Origin: Blastocladiella emersonii ATCC 22665
Lineage: Eukaryota; Fungi; Blastocladiomycota
Reading direction: 5' to 3'
Length of the DNA stretch: 64,000 nucleotides
Assembly (NCBI GenBank): GCA_025594325.1
Contig: JANHCV010000008.1
Location: 1,054,001-1,118,000, forward strand
In this document: positions 55,588-64,000 of the stretch, piece by piece
How positions within the stretch are numbered: position 1 is the first letter of the stretch
How the letters are laid out: the number at the start of each line of letters is the position of its first letter
Notes under the pieces: model-generated
Told to the model about the DNA's origin: nothing
Databases searched by the model: none
Seen by the model: only the letters and a program-made list of their open reading frames with translations
Made by a program: the position numbers and the translations under genes

Positions 55588-56045
55588 TGGCTTGGTGTGG
55601 GTCGGTCGTGGGGAGTGCACGCGCGATCGTGGCGGTGGAAGAAAGCGTCTCCCTTCCAAGATTGAATCACGTGTTTTCCCGACGCGTCGGCAAGCCACTT
55701 CCGGTCGCTCGCAGCGGGGCCGAGCCTCTGTTGCTATAGTCTCGGTGCACATACTCGTCTCAGCCGGTTCTCGAGAACTGCCACGAAGGCTCGCAGTTCA
55801 AATAGTTGCAACGAAGTCCACCCGGAACCGCAGCAAGCGAACGCAACAGGATAGCTCAAAATTCCAACACCTATCGAGACTCTCAAGTAGCGCGTAAGGT
55901 TTAACAATATTTTTTTTATCATTCGAATTAATCTCAAAAAACTCGAGAGGAGCAGTGTTCGTGCATGCGCAAAGATCAATTGTAAACAACAAAGCAGGCG
56001 CCCGACCGACGGCGTGCGAGGCCAGCGAGCATCGCAGAAGCGTGC

Positions 56046-58547
56046 CTATACTGGATAAATCTGACCGCCGAACGAGAACCTGGGTGTGCGGTGATGGCGC
56101 GCAAATTCCTCCGGCGGCGCAAGCAAACCCGCCGCCGCGTACTTGACAGGAGCGAGGCGCTGGAGCTCGGCCAGATGGTCGACATGAGCGTCAGGCGATG
56201 CGATGAGAGTTCCGAGGACCTCCACGGTCATGGCATCGTCCAGCGAACCGGCAGGTAGAAACTTCGAACACAGAATCGGGAAGGGGTTGAGAGCCGAACA
56301 ACGCGGTGACCAGCGCCGCGTCGTGTTGCAGCAGGGTGTTGAGCACAAACTCGGTCAACCCGCCAGCCGGGTCGCGCGACGAACAGTAGCTGCACACGTA
56401 ATGGTCGCGGGAAAAGTCGAAAGAAAAATCCCTGGCCCAGCCCGCGACATCCAACAGCAGCTGCGCGAGGTTAGTCTCGCTCGCCAAGGCAGCAGCAAGG
56501 AACAACGAGAATGACTCGCGCCACGCGTCCTCGTAGTCCGAAGAACAACAGGCGCGATTGACGTGGTAGGACGACGGCTGGTCCAGCATAAGTTTCGGGT
56601 ATTTGAGACGGGTCACGACCATGGCCGCGACGAGATGTCCGGCAGCACGCGATTGACGGACAAGGTCAAGCGCTTGGTCTCGGAACTGCGGCCGCGAAAG
56701 AACAGTCACTGCCAGACACGTAAGCGAGAAGCACATAAAGTAGTCGTGGCCGATGGTCTGCGGCGACAGGCTTGGCAAGTGCTGTACGGCAATGGAGAAC
56801 AGCTCGAATAGTTCGTCGTCTGTGCTGGCGCCGTTGTTGAAAAAGGTATCGAGGAAGTTGCCCACACGGAAACCATCCGAAGACTCGAAAGCCGCTTTGA
56901 GCCGAGGGAGAAGGTAAAAGATCGACTTTTCGCCTGCAACTTGAGCGAGATCATGATGGATTCCGTAAAAGTTGTGTTCGTTTGTGTAGAAAAAGGCTAT
57001 TAATCATCGCAGGGAGTTAGCGAAGGTCAGCTAATCCATTACCTGCCGCGCACACACACACAAGCCGCAGCAAGAAACGTACCCGCTACGAAAACGTCGT
57101 CCCACATCGACGGGGGCACGGCCGATTGAATAACACGCGCCGCCTCATCCAAGTTTGCGCCGTTAACGATGCGGGCAAGAATTCGACCGAGTTCAGGCAG
57201 CAGCAGTAAGCCGTGATCGATGAGCGGCGGAAATGCGGAGAGAATCGCATGTTTGCACGTGTGCAATTCGCACTCGTAATCGCGACGCTCGTCAGGATCA
57301 AGATCCTGGTCCCGGTATGAGTCTGGACACTCGAACCACTCGGCGATTGAGCGACTGACGGAAGAGCACTGGTCTGGAGTAAATGACTCCAGGACTTGGC
57401 TGGCCAACAGTGCCACGAGTTCAGCAAGAATCCGAGGGTCGTACCTGGCGACGCTGAGCACAAGTGCAAGGGCAAGCGCATTCGGAACAGTGCAGCCGCA
57501 CGAAAGAATGGCTGCCATAACACCACGGACGTCGTCTTCTTTGATCAAGGTTTCCGCGAGAGTATTGGACATGAGGTCGCGTGCCGGTTTGAGCGAGAGA
57601 AACTCGAGAACTTGGGCCGGCGTTGTGCCAAATTGCGGAGAGAAGAGGAGCTCGAACGGACCCGCCACCCAGTAAGCGGCAGCAGCGAATGCAAGGAAGT
57701 CGGTCAGAGACGGCTCGTATGAAGCTGATGAGGCGCCCGATTCAGGAAATTCCAAGTCGTCCTCAGGACGAAAGGCACAATAGAGAGCGAGAGCATCCCA
57801 CGAGGGCCAGGAAAGCCGAGTGGCAAGCAGTTGAGGCCAGCGCAACGTGAGTGCCTCGAGTGCGTGCGCGAGAAAGGACCGGCTTCCAATAACAATCGCG
57901 GCCGAGAGAATGCGAAGGATCGTAACCACTGGGTTGAGATATAGCGAGGCGCGCAGCGGAGACTCTGTGAGCTGTCCGAGAACACTTATCAAATGCGAGG
58001 AGACCTGGTCGGCGGTCCGGCCGGCGAGTCGGGCGTGAGCGCGGGGACTCGTGCAAGCGCAAGAGAAGATGGCACGAAGAAAGGCATTGATTGTGGCGCC
58101 AAAGTCGCCGCGTGCTGCAGAGTTGCCCTGGATTGATGCAGAATTGAAGTTGGTTGATTCAGAATCGTCTTCGCTTGATCCAGTAACGTAAAAAGAGCTG
58201 TGATAGCAGTCGCTTGACTCAAAATCGCCACAAGGGAGTTGGAATAAGTGCTGAAGCTGCGAGACCGCTTCGACAATCACCAAGCTTGGCTGCCTCCGGT
58301 CGCCGAGTCGACTACTGTTCAACTCGCTGAGGCGAACAAGTTTCCGCGTCGTCCAAACCGAGAGCACTGGGAAACTTTGAGAGGCAACCGCGAGCTCTCG
58401 AGACGCTGCAGGGGCGGTGGCCCGGATCCGGGCAAGCTGCAACACGGCGGCGACCAACTCGGTCGGGAGATCGGCAAACGACAGGGGCTGTGCCGCAGGT
58501 GGTCCTTGATCGCAATGCATGGAGTGTTTCATGACAGAATGCTTCAT
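56046..58547 (-). CDS. F-box-like protein with long helical C-terminus (intron 56997-57082; probable frameshift near 56260)
   Basis: LSFADLPTELVAAVLQLA is an F-box pattern. The GTACGT..GCTAAC..TAG intron joins ORF 57039 in frame with ORF 56191 (DDVFVA|AFFYTNEH). Confidence 0.65.
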
Positions 58548-59032
58548 GGGTGGCGAGTCGGGGAGTTGAAAAGAGGCAGGACGCGACGCGTTCAAGATTG
58601 CTTGACCGTGGGAATCGCGGCGTCCGCCCTCTCGTCGTTCGACTTCCCTGCCATGCAACTTCTTGAACACGATCATCAATATCCTGAAATGTGAGTCTTA
58701 TGACTTGCTTGAGGTGTTGCTGATGCAGGCCATCCTTGCCGACTCTCTCAGCGCCAGCCGATCACAGCCGCGCGAGTGAGTTGCCCCGAACCTCTCTCAG
58801 CACCGTGACACTTCGCGAGGCTGCTCTCTCCAACATCGCGTCGAAGCAAGGGCCCCGTTGACATGTTCCCGTCTGCTCGGAGAGGTTCGCGTTGCGCCAC
58901 AACAGCCGAGGCAGCTGAGCCACGTGGCGCTGTCCAACTTTGCGAAACGCGGCCGGCGAGCGGCTGGGCGAAAACGGGCGTCCCTTCGACTTCCGGACCT
59001 TGCTCTCTTGATGCAACTCGGCCGATACTGCA

Positions 59033-60806
59033 ATGTCAACGCGCACATGGAAACCTCCGCACTTGCGCGGCGAGACGCCCGCCGCTGCGCCGCCCGCGCG
59101 CGCCCGCTCCCGCGCAGCCCAACCACGCCGCCGACTCGCTCTCGCCGCCGACCCGCTCGTGGAAACCTCCGCACTTGCGCCCGACGGCACCCGCTGCTGC
59201 GCCGCCCGCCGCTGCACCCGCGCCCGCGAAGATGGACCTCGGTCCCGACGCGCGCTGGACGTCGCCGCCGTTTCCCGGCCCGGGCATCGCCAAGGGGGTC
59301 TTTGACGAGCTTCGTTCTCTGCACGGCATCCGCTTCGTCGTGGAGCAAGTGGATGATCATGATCCGCTTCAGACAGAGCCAGCTGTCGCCGACCGCGACT
59401 GCGCTTACGTCGTCCTGTGGTCGCTCGCGACAAGCGAGCGATTCCACATGTCGCCCGAGCTCGCCAACTTGCGGAGCAGTACCTGGGCCAGATCCAGCTC
59501 GAGTTCTACTGCCCGATTCTCTCCTTTCTTGCGCTTTCTCATCGTAACATCGAACTCGAGTGGTCGATCTTGCCCGACGGCGCACTCAACGTCGGCGTGC
59601 TCGACGTCCCGCCGCCCTACTTTCGCCTTGCACCCGCAACTTCGGCTAGCCGCTCGCTCTCTGGTTACTTGAAGGAGCTCGATGTCGATGCCATCGAGTT
59701 CGGGATGAACGGGAAGCAGCTTGGCGCAGTTGGACCTCAGAACCAGTTTGGCCACAACCAGTCCCTCGAGCTGCTCTCACCGGCCGGCCAGGACGACATC
59801 GTTTCGATGCTTGTGAAGCGGCGCCAGCAGGTCTTTGCCTGGGCCAAGAAGCTCGATCCCGCGCGCCGGCCGATCGTCAAGCTCAAGGGCAGCTTCGGCG
59901 ACCTCATCTTCTCTGGGACCCGCATCTCGGGCCGCCTCGCGCACGCGGTTCCCCGCGACAGCGCACCGAGCCTCAAGTTCACCGCCGCCGAGCTGATCTC
60001 GGCGCTCGACCGGTCCGAGCTCAAGTCGTCGTTCTGCTTGTCGCTTCCGCAGCTCACGCCTAAGAGCCTGTCTTTGCAGATCGCCCCGCTTGGTTTCCAA
60101 CGGGCGTCCGATCTTCGGTACAAGCTCACCGTCGACTTCCGCCCGCCGAACAGCGGCAACACCAAACGTCCCATTTGCAGCGGCACGCGGTCCGACGACT
60201 ACCGCGCGGGCTTCCTCTTCACGCCAGCGGACGACGACGCGCCCGCGCGCTTCGAGCTGTACAAGCTGCGCATGGAGAATGTCTCCGTGCACAAGCTCTC
60301 AGTCATCTCGCCCGGCTCGCTTGAGTACCGCCTCCGCCAGACGTACCAGCAGGTCGACCTCGCGACGCCTGATGGCGAGGTGCATCCCGCCGCGCGGCAG
60401 GACGTGATCCCGGCCATCGTCGACTACCTGCGCGAAAATCTCACGGCCATCGAGTCCGCCTTGACCGACGCTCGCCGTGATCCCGCTGCGACCCTTCCCG
60501 TCACCCCGCCGCCCGCTGCTCTCAAATACAAGTGCACGCTTATCCGCATCTACACGAAACGCGTCGCGCGGTTCGAGCGCGGCGACACCAACGTGCCGCT
60601 GAGCTACTGGACCAACGTGTTTGAGAAGGACCACCGCACGGGGTGTGACAGCTTCGAGACGCGGCCGACGGTGTCTACGGTCACGGTGCACCACGCGAAA
60701 TACCACGAGCTCGCCGCAAAGGGCGACGTCAAGGCCGCCGACACGCCCGCGCGAGTTTGTCGCGACCATGGCGTCGCTCGTGGGCGCGCTCAACTCGAGC
60801 AAGTAG
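59033..60806 (+). CDS. Hypothetical protein of about 550 aa, apparently split by frameshifts near 59150, 59415 and 60745
   Basis: Strong GC3 bias across switching frames: MSTRTWKPPHLR.., ..AYVV|VVARDKRAIPHV.., ..REFVATMASLVGALNSSK*. No family recognised; start uncertain. Confidence 0.55.
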
Positions 60807-60861
60807 TAGTAGCGCGCACGCGTTGGGTCAGCGGAGCATGAAAAGAGTCAAATTTATTCGT

Positions 60862-62286
60862 TTACTCAAACCCAGACACGGACAGTGCTCCTTGTGAAGA
60901 AAACTCGTTCTGCCACGGAGTCCGCAGTTGGATTCCCTTTGGGATCGCGCGCGCCCAGCAGGCTGCAACAAAAGTACGCGTGCTGCCCTCGCCGTTCACC
61001 TCGAGGAGGGAGATCTGGGCCATCGACGGCGGCACGCTGTTGAAGAGGAGATCGGCGCCCGCGATGGACATGGTCATCTTGTGGAGATCCAAGCGCTGGA
61101 GATTGGGCGGGAAGCGGCCCGCGAGCGAGTGGATGCTCGCGTCCGTCAGCCCATTGTACGAGAGGTCGAGTTCCGTGAGAGCAGCGGGGAGGTGCTCGGC
61201 AAGGACTGCAACGCCCGCGTCGCCCAACTTGTTGGCCAGGAGGTTCAGTCGCGAAAGCCCGTGTGGCAGGTGCGGCGCCAGAAGGGCAACGGCGTCGGCG
61301 CAGAGGGAGCAGCGCTCAAGGATGAGCTCGCGCAAACTGCTTGGGAGGTGCGGTGCGAGGGTCGACATGATCTTGGACGTCAGTTTGGTCTTTCCCAGGT
61401 CCAGCACGGTCAACGACGGCGGGAGGTCGCGGAACAGCGCTGCAGTCTGAGCCGCGGTGCCGAGCGTTGAGAATCGGATGCAAAGAGTCTCGAGAGCGGT
61501 TGGAAACGGCGAAGCGCCCGCCGTGGCCAAGCTTGCGCCAGCACACGGCCAGTTCTGATGCAGCTCGATCGTCTTGACAGTGTCGGGAAGCCGGAGCGCA
61601 AGAAGCACCGGGAACGTGATGATGCACGTGTCGAGCTGGACAATCGAGAAGCGACCGTTCTGGGCCATGGCGTCCGCAAGCATCGCGGCGCCAGCTTCGG
61701 TGATACGAACTCGTGCAATCTTGACGCAGTCCGAGTTCCCATTCGCGATTCCAGGTGCAAGCTGCCGAACTCGCGCGTCGCCAATCGAAGCGCCATTTCG
61801 GCGCTCAAGCGGCTAGATCGGTCGGAATGTGAGCACATGTGACAGCGGTGAGTGTATTGTCTGCGGAGGCGTACTGACATGGCTGTCCAAGAAAAAGGGA
61901 ACGTGGTCCATGAAGCCGTGAAAATAGACGCGCGTCGAGATGTTGTAGCTCGCGCTCGGCAGCGGGAGACTGGATCTGAACCACCAGTCCACAACCTCGT
62001 ACGAATCCGCTAAGGCGAGCCCGCGGTGCGAGTAGCTGAGCGGGCGGCCCGAGTCACGCCACGCGTCGAGAATGTCGACCCGGCCTTGCTCGCTGGCGTC
62101 GTCCATGGAGGTACAAAACAAGAGCTGGCGCTTCACCGCCCAGTCGACTCGCGGCGAGTTAACTCGTGGCAGGACGAACGCGCAGTGAGCGAGGCCGGCA
62201 CGGTCGTTCGGCTCAAGTTGGCCGACGACCAAGGCGAGGATCTTGTCGATGATCGTGTAGGGCAATGCAGGGAGTCGTTGATTCAT
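60862..62286 (-). CDS. LRR-5: F-box-like/ankyrin-like N-terminus + RNI-type LRRs, intact (intron 61813-61878)
   Basis: LPYTIIDKILALVV..DDASEQGRVDILDAW..VVDWW. The GTCAGT..GCTCAC..TAG intron joins in frame to ORF 60862 with LPxxLxxLxL repeats. Confidence 0.85.
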
Positions 62287-62387
62287 AGTGTGCTTGTGAG
62301 CGTTGCTTCCGCGAAGGGTTGCAGGACAAGCCGTGCGGAGGCCTTGCCCCAAAATATAGAGTGGGCCCCTCGCGTGTGTGTCACAAG

Positions 62388-62484
62388 TGACGTGGACAAG
62401 GGAACTAAATGACGTGGACAAGGGAACTAAATGACGTGGACAAGGGAACTAAGAGACGTGGACAAGGGAACCAAATGACGTGGA
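62388..62484. repeat. 22-bp minisatellite (TGACGTGGACAAGGGAACTAAA) x about 4.4 in the upstream region of LRR-5
   Basis: Units at 62388, 62410, 62432 and 62454, with a partial unit at 62476. Confidence 0.95.
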
Positions 62485-62589
62485 TTTGGGAATTTCGTCA
62501 TTTCGGTGGCGAGTCACGTGAGTGGCTGAGCACGTCCTCACGCTTCCTCTCCCTTCCCGCGCCTGTGCCCGATATATGCCGCGCCAACT

Positions 62590-62790
62590 CCTTGCGGCTC
62601 ACAAACGTTGAAGTAGAGACAGCGTAAAGCACGAGCAGATCGCGAGCAAGCACCTCGGGGCGCGTGTCGCCAAGGACAAAGAGAGAGTCGGCACCCTTGG
62701 CCAGCTTGCGCTTGGCCTCGCTGAACGTCCGCGTGACGTCGCGCAAGTCGCCGCACTGGAACACGAGGGAAAAGAGGCGTTTAAAGACAC
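62590..62790 (-). pseudogene. DUF4470-like domain fragment
   Basis: CGDLRDVTRT..LFVLGDTRPEVLARDLLVLYAV matches the DUF4470 GCGDLR..ND..P.VLARNLLLL pattern. Stops lie upstream and the ORF ends soon after. Confidence 0.6.
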
Positions 62791-63481
62791 GCGGGTTGTG
62801 GTGGATAAAGTGGTCCCGCGCATACGACCGGCCGTCATCGTAGATTTCCCGCTGGTTTAGTACGGGTCCGTAACGTCGCCAAGAGCAAGCGTCGCGCTAG
62901 TCAAGGATGGGGTCGGCGGTTCGGTGGCCGCCTTTGCGGCTGAGGCAGCTCCTGAGCTATGAGGGCCGCATTTGCGACCAGTCTTTTTCTTCTGCTTCAT
63001 CGGTTTACATGTGCAGTGGAGGGAGGGACGACTGGGAGCCGCTCGAGCGCACTCAATCGATTCTCGTCGACGTCACCTGAAGGGTCACATGATATCGGAA
63101 CGCGTCTCTGTCTCACAGTCCCGCACGCGCTTGTTTGGCTCTTCCTCGTGAACAAGTAGGGAACTTATGCTTCAAATTAGATGTACATAGACTGGACCGG
63201 GTTGGTCCGCTCAGGTACGGCTTGAGAAGTTCACCTTCGTGCGACGCCTTTGCAATCACCGTGGGATCACGCAAGAGGGGAAGAAATGCTCGCTAGCGTT
63301 GCTGAGGCAAGCGGATCCTCGAATATCCGTTCACCGACCCTGACATGACCGGGGCGGGACGCGTTTTGGGGCGCTGGTTGGCTCGCGACAGTTGAATCGG
63401 GCTTACATCTGAAGGTTTTCAATCAGCAAGTTCATTGGCGACCGGTAGCGTTAGGAACTGCTCCCCTCCGTGATGGGCTTT

Positions 63482-63555
63482 CAACCCCACCCCTCCCCCA
63501 CCCCCACCCCCACCTCCACCCTACCCCACCCAACCCAACCCAACCCAACCTCAAC
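63482..63555. repeat. C-rich low-complexity tract ending in (CCCAA)n
   Basis: CAACCCCACCCCTCCCCC..CCCAACCCAACCCAACCCAACC. Confidence 0.8.
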
Positions 63556-64000
63556 GTCAACCTCTACTCCGCTTCCGCGTGTTGAACCTCTGCGCTGTGA
63601 TCGGAGGAGCGAGGAGCGTCTTCATGGCCATGGCCATGACCATGGCCGTCAGCGACTCTGAATTGTGTTGATCTCAAACCACGGAGACGAGCTCGGTTTA
63701 GTCCAGCCCACACTCGCGTGCATATTGATCCACGGGACCACGATGTTGGACGTGTTTGGTTGCTCGCCGCGACCTGCGCGGCCGCCGCTCCGCGGCGACT
63801 TTTCCTCCTTTGGCCGCCGCCTTTACTGCACGAGTTCGCTACGTCGAGGCGCGCGCGACATCGAACCTGACGCGAAGATCATCCCGCCGAGGGCCCAGAT
63901 TATATCTCGGCGCGACTCGAGCTGAGTCGCCAGCGCATGCGTCTCAAGCTCTGCCAGCGTCTCGTGCGGCCGCTGACCCATCAAGTTCCGAGCTGAGCAA

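Noticed and set aside
57049-57062. (TG)n slippage switch in the F-box-like CDS
   Set aside because: A better GTACGT donor at 57082 places the TG run inside an intron and restores the frame without slippage.
63482-63555. Telomeric repeat
   Set aside because: (CCCAA)n is short, irregular and internal, and is not a (CCCTAA)n array.

Overview
GC-rich eukaryotic genomic DNA, not bacterial: it has short 58-86 nt GT..AG introns with CTRAC-like branch points. The protein families recall early-diverging zoosporic fungi such as Blastocladiomycota (inference from remembered family patterns, not a database hit). A few conserved-looking genes (mitochondrial PPR protein, sphingomyelin-synthase/PAP2_C-like protein, NTF2-like protein) sit among a repeat-rich accessory landscape. 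That landscape holds six members of an F-box-like/ankyrin-like/RNI-type LRR family (four disrupted) and two orphan F-box-like genes. It also holds three intact stand-alone Gag-like genes sharing an unusual C-x2-C-x12-H-x4-C knuckle, and three related ~3.5 kb TIR elements (two ending in CACAGTG) with element-specific subterminal motif arrays and decayed CMC/EnSpm-like transposases. Other items are a Rep-less Helitron, a LINE RNase H/zf-RVT relic, an ankyrin + C2H2 gene with a partial duplicate fused to a KDM4-like JmjC fragment, a probable RPA-like OB-fold gene, and several minisatellites. Many frameshifts lie at short homopolymers, so some 'pseudogenes' may be assembly errors. All domain calls are by eye; no searches were run.
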